24,885 nt of DNA, taken from sequence record DRR723986_4144; one strand, 5' to 3'. Both the position numbers and the translations under genes were made by a program. Below are positions 8,081 through 16,747 of the stretch, one piece after another. Positions within the stretch are counted from its first letter, which is position 1. Each line of letters begins with the position of its first letter. Under the pieces are notes generated by a model that worked only from the letters and a program-made list of their open reading frames with translations, searched no databases and had not been told where the DNA came from.

Positions 8081-10174
8081 TTATTTTGAGTTGATATAGT
8101 CTGTTAAAATATGGTAAGCTTCACCAATATACAGGTCTTTTTGAATTTGTTTTAAATATTTTGTATTCAATTCTGCCCGAAAAGTGTTCATTTTCATGAT
8201 TTCAGAATCAAATTTATTATTGATTACTTGAAAACTCGTAGAGCTATACTCTTCGGCTTTAAATAGCTGGTCGTACAAATCTTCCATTTTTTTCTCGTTT
8301 TGTTGAAACCCAGCAAAATCTAAAGGAATGAGGTCGTCATAATCAGTGAAGTTATTAATGGTGTCAATAGCTCTTAATAGCTCCTGGTAATTTTCGTTTT
8401 GAGATAATCTGGCATCTGTTCGTGCCTGTAAATCTTCAGTAGGAAAATCAATACCTGGAGTATAATAGACCTTTTTTACTACTTCATCTTTTATAAGCGC
8501 GTTTTCATAATTGGCTTCGGCGTAATCATACAATTCATAGTAATCCCTAATTTTTATATTCGGAATAACCCCTTCTTTCTGATGGGTAGTGTTAGTGATT
8601 CGGTAATACTTTGATCGGGTTATTTTAAGATATCCCATATCACTTTCTTCTGAGGCGCCATCCATGAAAGAATCCAAATCGATTTTTGAATCGAGTGGCA
8701 TAACAACTTGCCCTGTTGATTTACCATAAGTGGTTGAACCAACAATAATAGCTCTATTATAATCTTGCATTGCCGCTGAAAAAATCTCAGATGCTGAAGC
8801 ACTCAAGCCATTCACTAAAATAACTAGAGGCCCCATGTAGATTGCACCTCTATTCATATCTTTTATAGATTTTGGCTCCCGATACTTGCCTTGCTCAATG
8901 GTAATAGGACCGTAATTAATAAATATACCGGCCAAGTCAATAGCCTCTTTCAATGATCCACCTCCATTGTTTCTTAAGTCTAAAATCAAGCCGTCAATGC
9001 TTTCTTGTTTTAATTTCACAATGTTTTTGGCAACATCATTGGCGCAGCCTAATCCAGTGCCATTATCCCAGTCTGTATAAAAATCGGGTAGGGTGATGTA
9101 TCCAATCTTTTTCTCACCATCCAAAATGACACTTTTTATCACATCATCATCTACATAGATTTCTGTTTTAGTTAAATGTACTTCTTCAATTTTACCGTTC
9201 GCTTTTTTCAATATCATTATCATAGAATTGGAAGTCGCGTTTCTCAAAATCAACATCAAGTCATCTAAATTTAAAATGGACACATCCACTTTCTGTCCTT
9301 TTGGAAATCTAATTTCTTTAAGAACATCTCCCTTGTTCATTTGATTCGACATCCAAGCGGCGCTTCCAGGAACCAATCCCGCAATCATGATCTCACCTGC
9401 CTCATTTTCGTTTAGCGAGAAGCCGTAAGCGTAATTATCTTTAGATAGTTCTTCTTCAAAACCTTCCTTCTCAATGTTTGAGAAATAGGATGTGTGAGGA
9501 TCGTAATATCCAGCTAAAGCATCAAGATAATAAGTAGCTAAATAAGGACGATATCCTGCTGGATGTTTTAAGAATGAAGAAATTTCGAACCGTTCAAATT
9601 TTTCAATCGCTGAAGTTGCTTCGGGCACAAACAACTCAAGGCTATCAATCGGAGCTTCTAATGGGTTGTCAAGATATCCTCCACCAAATATTTCTTCTAA
9701 AATTGAATTTTTGAACCATTTTCGCCAGCGTTCTTGTAAAGATTTATTGTCTGCACAATAATCAGGATAGTCAGCCTCTAAAAAGGATAGATGCTCTTTA
9801 ATGCCGAAGTCAAAAGGTTGCGCAAGTACTTCATTAATCAAAGAATCGGCTGTGTTTAGACGTTTTTTAAATATAGTTGCCGCCTCATTGAAAAAACCAG
9901 ATGTACTGTTCTCAATTTGTTGATGAACTTCCGAGTAGTATTGGTCCTTTAGTTGATCGATATCTGACTGTAAAAAGTAAAATCCTGCAGGATCTATAGC
10001 TGAGATAAACTCGTCAAAAACGTATTGACCTAAGGTTTCATCTAATGGTTTAGGCTGATAGTGTAATTTATCCGCCATTTTATAAATCGCATTGCTTTGG
10101 CGACCGGTAGTTGTGGTTTGAGAGTAAGAAAAACTCGCAATAAACAATGCAACTATAAATAGGACCTTTTTCAT
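8081..10174 (-). CDS. Carboxy-terminal processing peptidase (S41A, Prc/Tsp-like)
   Basis: 697 aa. Signal peptide, DPHTSYF, PDZ-like LVPGSAAW...GDVL, GYITLPDFY, LILDLRNNGGGSL, catalytic Ser in SASASEI and Lys in TYGKSTGQ. Confidence 0.92.
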   Translation of the reverse strand: MKKVLFIVALFIASFSYSQTTTTGRQSNAIYKMADKLHYQPKPLDETLGQYVFDEFISAIDPAGFYFLQSDIDQLKDQYYSEVHQQIENSTSGFFNEAATIFKKRLNTADSLINEVLAQPFDFGIKEHLSFLEADYPDYCADNKSLQERWRKWFKNSILEEIFGGGYLDNPLEAPIDSLELFVPEATSAIEKFERFEISSFLKHPAGYRPYLATYYLDALAGYYDPHTSYFSNIEKEGFEEELSKDNYAYGFSLNENEAGEIMIAGLVPGSAAWMSNQMNKGDVLKEIRFPKGQKVDVSILNLDDLMLILRNATSNSMIMILKKANGKIEEVHLTKTEIYVDDDVIKSVILDGEKKIGYITLPDFYTDWDNGTGLGCANDVAKNIVKLKQESIDGLILDLRNNGGGSLKEAIDLAGIFINYGPITIEQGKYREPKSIKDMNRGAIYMGPLVILVNGLSASASEIFSAAMQDYNRAIIVGSTTYGKSTGQVVMPLDSKIDLDSFMDGASEESDMGYLKITRSKYYRITNTTHQKEGVIPNIKIRDYYELYDYAEANYENALIKDEVVKKVYYTPGIDFPTEDLQARTDARLSQNENYQELLRAIDTINNFTDYDDLIPLDFAGFQQNEKKMEDLYDQLFKAEEYSSTSFQVINNKFDSEIMKMNTFRAELNTKYLKQIQKDLYIGEAYHILTDYINSK

Positions 10175-10177
10175 TAA

Positions 10178-11620
10178 TTAGTTTTGAATGAAGACATTTT
10201 TAGGTTCTGTAAAAAAGCGCAGTGCTTCGAATCCGCCTTCCCTTCCAACTCCAGAATTTTTTACACCTCCAAAAGGTGTCCGCAAATCTCGTACCAACCA
10301 TGAATTCACCCACACAATGCCTGCGTCAATTTCATTGGCTACTCTGTGCGCTTTTCTTAAATTCTCAGTCCAAACTGTTGATGCGAGCCCATACTGAGTG
10401 GAGTTTGCCATTTTTAAAACCTCCTCTTCTGTATCAAATGGGGTGATTGTTACTACTGGACCAAAAATTTCTTCCTGATTTGTGCGGCAATCATAAGCCA
10501 ATCCTTCTATAATTGTTGGTCTGATATAATAACCTTCACTGTACTCTCCTTCCAATTTTACCTGATGTCCTCCTGTTAATACAGTTCCACCTTCTTCTTT
10601 TGCCAATTCAATGTATGATAATACCTTTTCCATATGTGGCTGAGATACCACGGCACCTAATTTTGCTTCGGGATCTGATGGATAAGAAACTTTTGATTTT
10701 TCAACTTTGGCGACAAAAGCTGCTTTGAATTTTTCATAAATCGGTCGCTCAATAAATATTCTTGAACCGCACAAACATATTTGTCCTTGATTAGCAAAAC
10801 TTGATCTGATTGTTGTTGAAAGGGCCTTGTCAAAATCGCAATCTGCAAAGATGATGTTTGGATTTTTTCCTCCAAGTTCTAGTGATAATTTTTTAAACAT
10901 GGGAGCAGCGATTTTAGCAATTGTGGCCCCTGTATTCGTTCCTCCTGTGAATGAAATTGCTTTTATCTTCGGATGTTTTGTCATAGCATCACCCACCTTA
11001 TGACCCAAACCATGAACAATGTTTAAAACACCTTTAGGTAAACCTGCTTCTGCACACACTTCAGATAGCATAAATGCTGTCATTGGTGTTACTTCAGATG
11101 GTTTGGCAATAACGCAATTTCCCGCCGCAATCGCTGGAGCGATTTTCCATGTAAATAAATACAAGGGTAGATTCCAGGGTGAAATGCACCCTACAATTCC
11201 AATTGGTTTTCTCAAGGTATAGTTGATGCCTTGACCTTCCATATTGTGTGATTCAGAAGCGTAATGCTGAATGGCGGAGGCAAAGAACTTTAAGTTTGAA
11301 ACGGCTCTTGGAATGTCTACATGAGATGCCAGGGAAACGGGTTTTCCATTGTCTAATGATTCTGCTGCAGCGAATTGATCTAAACGCGACTCAATAATAT
11401 CTGCGATTTTAATCATAATGGCTGCTCGCTCATCTTTTGGTGTGTTTGACCATGCCGAAAAAGCCGCTTCAGCTGCAATTACCGCATTTTCAACATCTTG
11501 TTGATTCGAATCTGGAATCATAGAATATACTTTCCCTCGCGAAGGATCTATATTTTCAATATGTTCGTCTAAAACAGGAGCGATTAATTGTCCGTTTATA
11601 TAGTTTTTGATATATTTCAT
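10178..11620 (-). CDS. Aldehyde dehydrogenase, probable 2-aminomuconate/2-hydroxymuconate semialdehyde dehydrogenase (ALDH8A1/HMSADH-like)
   Basis: 480 aa. ISPWNLPLYLFTWKIAPA, KPSE, SFTGG, LELGGKNP (catalytic Glu), NQGQICLC (catalytic Cys), EEIFGPV, and the subfamily-typical WLVRDLRTPFGGVKNSGVGREGG. Confidence 0.85.
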   Translation of the reverse strand: MKYIKNYINGQLIAPVLDEHIENIDPSRGKVYSMIPDSNQQDVENAVIAAEAAFSAWSNTPKDERAAIMIKIADIIESRLDQFAAAESLDNGKPVSLASHVDIPRAVSNLKFFASAIQHYASESHNMEGQGINYTLRKPIGIVGCISPWNLPLYLFTWKIAPAIAAGNCVIAKPSEVTPMTAFMLSEVCAEAGLPKGVLNIVHGLGHKVGDAMTKHPKIKAISFTGGTNTGATIAKIAAPMFKKLSLELGGKNPNIIFADCDFDKALSTTIRSSFANQGQICLCGSRIFIERPIYEKFKAAFVAKVEKSKVSYPSDPEAKLGAVVSQPHMEKVLSYIELAKEEGGTVLTGGHQVKLEGEYSEGYYIRPTIIEGLAYDCRTNQEEIFGPVVTITPFDTEEEVLKMANSTQYGLASTVWTENLRKAHRVANEIDAGIVWVNSWLVRDLRTPFGGVKNSGVGREGGFEALRFFTEPKNVFIQN

Positions 11621-11695
11621 ATTACTTTAGTCTAAAGAAACTCGCGATTGAATGTAACAATTGGCCCAGTTTTTGGGTATGTATTTACTAGTATT

Positions 11696-12787
11696 TTGAC
11701 TTTAAAAATAAACATATTATTGTTATTGTCGTGTCTTATTATAACCACGACAGGCTTTTCTGAGGATAAATTTCTTAGAATAAAAGGCGTTGTCTTAGAT
11801 AAGGCCTCTAAGGAAGAGCTCAATAAATATACGCTGGAGCTGGAAGAAGTGGATGGGAAAAGTTCGACAATTAAAGTTGAAAAAGGAGGTTTTGACATTT
11901 GGGTAAGAGATAATCGGAAGTTTAGATTGCATTTTATCAAAGAGGGTTTCGAGACGATTTTTGCTGAAATCAATACCTTGTACATGCCCTCGTTCGCCTA
12001 TTCCAAAAAACATAAATTGGCTTTAAGAGTGAAGCTTGACAAAGCAAATCCTGGAGTTGAGCCCCTCGATAAACCTTCTATAACAGTTAATTTTGTGAAA
12101 AATCTGAATCAATTCGAAGTAAAAGATTTGTCATCCAACAAATTTTATCGTGTACCAGCAGATTATGAGCCGCCTTTTGATTCCCCCGCCGATATTTATA
12201 AGTATGTAAAACCTACTACTAAAAGGTTGTTATTGACCACAGACTACAAACAGAAAAAAGCTGTAGGTGAGTCCGGTATGGCAAGAGCATTACAGGGAGT
12301 ATTATTCGCAGACCTTAACTATTGTTTTTTCAATGAACACCTGAATGACGGCAATGAAATATTAGAAAAACTAAGATTGTTTGATCCGGATACTTGGAAT
12401 TCAATTAATGACATTGATTCGCCTGAGTATGGAGTGATAATGTCTAGAACAATCAATAGAGAGCAATCGGTGGATACTATTTTTGCACTTGGCTGTTATG
12501 TTGAGACCACGAGACTGGTATTGCAGAGTTTTACGGCAGACCATAAAGTCTTGAATCATTTAAAGCAATTAAATGTCGTTTTAGAGCAATTCAAAGCCGG
12601 AGGAGATGATCAGGAAGAAGGAGATTTTATTGCCCTTTTAAATGAGTTGTCGCCAACAATTAAAAAGTTGGAAGAAACTTATAAAGATTTGCTGAAGAAT
12701 AAAATGAATTTCGAAATGTCAGAAGACGAGAATTTTAAAACGATCAAAGACAAAATCAATCAAATTCATTTGACCATCATCCAATAA
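11696..12787 (+). CDS. Secreted hypothetical protein (N-terminal beta-sandwich-like plus C-terminal helical domain)
   Basis: The ORF track gives 11648..12787. The in-frame TTG at 11696 gives a cleaner signal peptide (MTLKINILLLLSCLIITTTGFS-E). The start is uncertain. Confidence 0.65.
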   Translation: MTLKINILLLLSCLIITTTGFSEDKFLRIKGVVLDKASKEELNKYTLELEEVDGKSSTIKVEKGGFDIWVRDNRKFRLHFIKEGFETIFAEINTLYMPSFAYSKKHKLALRVKLDKANPGVEPLDKPSITVNFVKNLNQFEVKDLSSNKFYRVPADYEPPFDSPADIYKYVKPTTKRLLLTTDYKQKKAVGESGMARALQGVLFADLNYCFFNEHLNDGNEILEKLRLFDPDTWNSINDIDSPEYGVIMSRTINREQSVDTIFALGCYVETTRLVLQSFTADHKVLNHLKQLNVVLEQFKAGGDDQEEGDFIALLNELSPTIKKLEETYKDLLKNKMNFEMSEDENFKTIKDKINQIHLTIIQ

Positions 12788-12804
12788 ATCTAGGTTAGGA
12801 GGTC

Positions 12805-13431
12805 ATGAAATCACTTGTTTTTTTCTTGTCTATTGCATTTGTCTGTAACTGTTTTGCTCAAAAGGACACCGTTTACACTTCTTTTCAAGATGCTTTTGAA
12901 CAGCCTGATAGTGTTTATCATCTCGATTTATCTCAAAAAGGATTGAAGGAACTGCCCAAAGCAACGAGTTTGCTACGTAATTTAGAAACACTCATTTTAA
13001 CTGAAAACGCGATTACAGAATTCCCAGAATTTTTATGTGAGATGAACCAACTTAAAAAATTAGATTTTGGACACAATTACCTTGAAACTATTCCTGACCA
13101 GATAAGCAACTTGAAGCAGCTTGAGTTTTTAGGTTTAAGCTGGAATTACACGTTGGATGAATCATTGACGAATGTTGGTGAACTGCTAAGTTTAAAGGAG
13201 CTAAAGATGGATGGCTTAAAAATCGAGGAGTTGCCAAAATCATTTATAGCACTGAGTAATTTACGTGCTCTGGATTTAAGTTATAATCACTTTTCTGAAC
13301 TTCCTAAATGGCTTAAGAAGTTGCCAGCTTTAATTCGAATTCATTTGGGTAATAATCACCTAAGTATTGATGAAATTGAAAAAGTCAAAGGACATTTTAG
13401 TGATAGAGCCAATTTCAGTCTTGAATTTTAA
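12805..13431 (+). CDS. Secreted leucine-rich repeat protein
   Basis: Signal peptide (…CNCFA-Q), then about 6-7 repeats of ~23 aa of the LxxLxLxxNxLxxLP type (LETLILTENAITEFP, LKKLDFGHNYLETIP, LRALDLSYNHFSELP). Confidence 0.92.
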   Translation: MKSLVFFLSIAFVCNCFAQKDTVYTSFQDAFEQPDSVYHLDLSQKGLKELPKATSLLRNLETLILTENAITEFPEFLCEMNQLKKLDFGHNYLETIPDQISNLKQLEFLGLSWNYTLDESLTNVGELLSLKELKMDGLKIEELPKSFIALSNLRALDLSYNHFSELPKWLKKLPALIRIHLGNNHLSIDEIEKVKGHFSDRANFSLEF

Positions 13432-13484
13432 GCTGTTGTAACTTAATTTCTTAAATTAGTTAGATAAGAAAGCACTTAATCGCT

Positions 13485-14009
13485 ATGAGAATATTTCTAT
13501 TTTTTTTGATCGTTTCTTTATCAGGTATTAGCTCAGGGCAATCCTTAACAGAACAAGAGCAACAGTTGTACGATTTGGTAATGGCTTACAGAAAAAAGGC
13601 CGGTCTGCCAGCAATTCCAGTTTCAAAATCATTGACAAAAGTTGCACATATGCATGCCAACGACCTTGTAAAGAATAATCCAGTTCATGGAGAGTGTAAC
13701 TTACACAGTTGGTCTGATCAAGGAGATTGGACACCATGCTGTTACACAAGTGATCACGCGCAAGCAAGAGCCATGTGGGATAAGCCAAGAGAATTAACTT
13801 CATATACTGGAAATGGTTATGAAATTTCGCACCAACACTCGGCAATGGCCACACCAGAAGGTGCTTTGAAGTCTTGGCAAAACTCTTCTGCACATGATGA
13901 TGTAATCATGAATAGAGGTATATGGAAAAAACACAAATGGCAAGCAATCGGTATTGCTATTAAAGGAAATTATGCCATGATTTGGTTTGGAGACTTAGCG
14001 GATGAGTAA
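13485..14009 (+). CDS. Secreted CAP/SCP-domain protein
   Basis: Signal peptide, YRKKAGLPAI…SLTKVAHMHANDL, GYEI, WQNSSAHDDVIMN and AIGIA, matching the CAP-domain pattern. Confidence 0.85.
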   Translation: MRIFLFFLIVSLSGISSGQSLTEQEQQLYDLVMAYRKKAGLPAIPVSKSLTKVAHMHANDLVKNNPVHGECNLHSWSDQGDWTPCCYTSDHAQARAMWDKPRELTSYTGNGYEISHQHSAMATPEGALKSWQNSSAHDDVIMNRGIWKKHKWQAIGIAIKGNYAMIWFGDLADE

Positions 14010-14382
14010 ACCTGATTTAAAAAACGGAAATGTACAATTTCATGTTACTGGTGCCTCTGGTTATTCTAATAAATCATTTATCACCAAAGCTGGTGGAGCT
14101 AACGGAGTATTGAGAATTTCCATAGTGGATAATCAATTATATTTTTGGGCAAGTCCGGTGTTCTATTTTTTTGGAAAATTATATGATTTAATTCAAAAAA
14201 TTCCTATTTCAAATATTACTGAGGTAACAGTTGAGAATAGGAGCGTGTCAATCAGTTTTGACTCGTCCCACGGAACTAAAGAATTTGTGATTAGAAGAAT
14301 GAATAAACAGGATGAGTTTCTTGAAATATTAGATAAATTACGACATAAAAAAGAGCAGGCCTATGAGAGAGCCTGCCCTTAA
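14002..14382 (+). CDS. Hypothetical protein (possible bacterial PH-like fold)
   Basis: 126 aa, ATG overlapping the CAP gene end by 8 nt. The pattern KIPISNITEVTVE…SVSISF…FLEILDKL is reminiscent of PH-like domains. Confidence 0.6.
   Translation: MSKPDLKNGNVQFHVTGASGYSNKSFITKAGGANGVLRISIVDNQLYFWASPVFYFFGKLYDLIQKIPISNITEVTVENRSVSISFDSSHGTKEFVIRRMNKQDEFLEILDKLRHKKEQAYERACP
14347..14380 (-). terminator. Rho-independent terminator for the minus-strand gene 14406..14861
   Basis: Minus strand reads GGGCAGGC-TCTCTCATAG-GCCTGCTC-TTTTTT, starting about 27 nt after the stop at 14406. Confidence 0.75.
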
Positions 14383-14405
14383 TTAAACGATATTTTTATT
14401 TGATT

Positions 14406-14861
14406 TTAGTCTTTAACAACAATCTGCGTTTCAAACAGTTTTGTTTTTTCAGCTGCAGAAACTTTTTTATTGTCATAAAAGAAATGATAGGTTCTAGCTG
14501 GAACTATATAGTCTTCTAGAACAACCACCTTCATAGCTGATTTAAAACCTTTATCTCTTAGAATTGATAGTTCGGCTGTCGCTTCTTCTTCTGATGAAAA
14601 ACTTGCAGTTAAGTAAGCATTTTTTCCTTTAGATGTTAACATCTCAACTCCGTCAAGCTCGTTCATTAGTTCTTGCATTTCAGCCGGAACTTCTCCGTTA
14701 AATGCTCCTAATTGAATTCTATATTCTACTGATGAAGAACTTACTGAACTTGCAGTGGTTTCTTTCTTTTCTGGATCTTTAGTTTCATCTTCAATTGAAT
14801 GGGCGAAACTATTTAAGCTGGTCATTGCCAAAAAGGCAAATGCGAATTTTAAAGATTTCAT
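14406..14861 (-). CDS. Secreted SPOR-like domain protein
   Basis: Signal peptide (…NSFA-H), Ser-rich linker, then YRIQLGAF…FSSEEEA…LRDKGFKSA, the SPOR-domain pattern. Confidence 0.7.
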   Translation of the reverse strand: MKSLKFAFAFLAMTSLNSFAHSIEDETKDPEKKETTASSVSSSSVEYRIQLGAFNGEVPAEMQELMNELDGVEMLTSKGKNAYLTASFSSEEEATAELSILRDKGFKSAMKVVVLEDYIVPARTYHFFYDNKKVSAAEKTKLFETQIVVKD

Positions 14862-15062
14862 ACTTGGTTGGTTTGTTGTTTGTTAGCTTCTTTTACATAA
14901 GAGTTTTCTAAAAGGTTACAGATCCAATTTTAAAAAATCGTTGGAATGAGATGCTTTGAATGACTGAATGTCAAGTTTTATCAATGATTGAAGGCAAGCA
15001 GAGTGCAGCTTAAAAATGTCTAGCTAATTCAATAAAATGAGAATTCATTGGCTTATTTTGAT

Positions 15063-15070
15063 TAACTTTG
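15063..15070 (+). promoter_or_regulatory. Bacteroidota primary-sigma -7 promoter element
   Basis: TAACTTTG is an exact match to TAnnTTTG, ending 29 nt before the tatA ATG. Confidence 0.7.
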
Positions 15071-15099
15071 CCGACACATTTACAAATTAAAGTAGAAAG

Positions 15100-15306
15100 A
15101 TGGAAAATGTAGTTTATGCCGGAATGCTAGGACCAGGACAAATCACCCTGATTGTAGTGGCAATTCTTTTATTATTTGGAGGTAGAAAATTACCTGAATT
15201 AATGAAAGGAATGGGGAAAGGAATTAAGGGATTCAAAGACGAAATGAATGGTAATGGTGAGGACGACAAGGCCCCAGCAAAAACCGATTCTAAGTCTGAA
15301 GAGTAA
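15100..15306 (+). CDS. tatA: Twin-arginine translocase subunit TatA/TatE
   Basis: 68 aa. TM helix then LLFGGRKLPELMKGMGKGIKGFKDEM and a charged tail. Confidence 0.95.
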   Translation: MENVVYAGMLGPGQITLIVVAILLLFGGRKLPELMKGMGKGIKGFKDEMNGNGEDDKAPAKTDSKSEE

Positions 15307-15317
15307 AACTAATTTCT

Positions 15318-16736
15318 ATGTATACTTCTTTTGCTGAGATTAAATCAGCCTTATCTCAGGGCAGCACGGTAGTTGAAATTACCCAAGCTTACTTAGCAAG
15401 AATTGAAGAAAAAAAACACTTGAATGCCTTTCTTGAGGTATTTGAGACATCTGCTTTAGAACAAGCATCCGAGGTAGATGAGAAAATAAAAGCTGGCAAA
15501 GCCGGTCGGTTGGCCGGTATGGTTGTCGGATTAAAAGACAACATGGCCTATAAAGGTCACAAAGTTTCAGCTTCATCAAAAATCCTAGAAAATTTTGAAT
15601 CAATATATTCTGCAACTGTCGTTGAACGGTTAGTTGCAGAAGACGCCATTATTATCGGGAGATTGAATTGTGATGAATTTGCAATGGGAAGTTCCAATGA
15701 AAATTCGGCATTTGGAAATGTGCTAAACCCGGTAAACGAAAAAACTGTTCCCGGAGGATCTTCAGGAGGTTCGGCAGCTGCCGTGGCAGCAAATTTATGC
15801 ACAATGGCTTTGGGAAGTGATACGGGTGGTTCTATTAGACAACCTGCTTCATTCACTGGCACTATTGGTTTTAAACCAACGTACGGTCGTGTATCGCGTT
15901 ATGGTCTTTTGGCTTATGCATCTTCATTTGATCAAATTGGACCATTTACGAATACTGTCGAGGATGCAGCGTTGACACTTGAAGTGATAGCGGGCAAAGA
16001 CGAATATGATAGTACTATGCTTCAAGAGGGTTCAGAATCCTTCACGCAAGTATTTGATGAAAATAAAAAACTAAAGATTGCCTTCATTACAGATTGTATT
16101 GAGAATAACGGAATTGATCCAGAAGTCAAAGCAAGAACTCTTGAGGTAATTGAACAGTTGAAAGCTGCTGGACATGATGTTGAAGGCGTAGATTTTCCGT
16201 TTTTAGAGGCCATGGTGCCAACCTATTACGTGTTAACAACTGCCGAGGCATCATCTAATTTATCTAGGTATGATGGTGTGCATTATGGCTACCAATCTCC
16301 AACGGCTCAAGGCGTAGAGGAGACGTATAAAAAATCAAGATCTGAAGGCTTCGGAGAAGAGGTGCAACGTAGAATCATGTTGGGGACCTTTGTGCTTTCA
16401 CATGGCTATTATGATGCCTATTATACTAAAGGCCAAAAGGTGAGGAGAGTCATTCAAGATAGGACAAACGCAATTTTAAAGGATTACGATTTCGTGATCA
16501 TGCCAACGACTCCTGCACCTGCATTTGAATTTGGAGCAAATGCAGATGATCCCATCACCATGTATCTTCAAGACATTTTTACCGTACAAGCAAACTTAGC
16601 TGGTAACCCGGCCATTTCATTGCCTTTAGGTAAACACAGCAATGGCCTGCCATTCGGAATTCAAGTAATGGGTGCACATTTTAAAGAACGTGACCTTTTG
16701 AGTTTTTCGGATTATATGCTGAAGGCTTGTAACTAA
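15318..16736 (+). CDS. gatA: Asp-tRNA(Asn)/Glu-tRNA(Gln) amidotransferase subunit A
   Basis: 472 aa. GLKDN, NCDEFAMGSSNE, PGGSSGGSA, GSDTGGSIRQPAS, EASSNLSRYDG, RSEGFGEEVQRRIMLGTFVLS and YYDAYY. Confidence 0.95.
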   Translation: MYTSFAEIKSALSQGSTVVEITQAYLARIEEKKHLNAFLEVFETSALEQASEVDEKIKAGKAGRLAGMVVGLKDNMAYKGHKVSASSKILENFESIYSATVVERLVAEDAIIIGRLNCDEFAMGSSNENSAFGNVLNPVNEKTVPGGSSGGSAAAVAANLCTMALGSDTGGSIRQPASFTGTIGFKPTYGRVSRYGLLAYASSFDQIGPFTNTVEDAALTLEVIAGKDEYDSTMLQEGSESFTQVFDENKKLKIAFITDCIENNGIDPEVKARTLEVIEQLKAAGHDVEGVDFPFLEAMVPTYYVLTTAEASSNLSRYDGVHYGYQSPTAQGVEETYKKSRSEGFGEEVQRRIMLGTFVLSHGYYDAYYTKGQKVRRVIQDRTNAILKDYDFVIMPTTPAPAFEFGANADDPITMYLQDIFTVQANLAGNPAISLPLGKHSNGLPFGIQVMGAHFKERDLLSFSDYMLKACN

Positions 16737-16747
16737 AAAACATTTTT

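Noticed and set aside
6261..11222. Short ORFs inside gldA, the helical protein, the protease and the ALDH (6261..6446, 7567..7755, 7844..8050, 8620..8802, 10188..10397, 10222..10446, 10657..10875, 11019..11222)
   Set aside because: Fully nested in well-supported genes, in antisense or alternative frames, with no independent signals.
11632..12013. Minus-strand ORFs 11632..11985 and 11795..12013 as possible first genes of the ALDH operon
   Set aside because: They overlap the much longer plus-strand gene that has a signal peptide, and their composition is typical of antisense frames.
12805..13431. LRR gene as a horizontally acquired eukaryotic-like effector
   Set aside because: Short signal-peptide LRR proteins are common in Bacteroidota, and no effector domain or secretion tag is visible.
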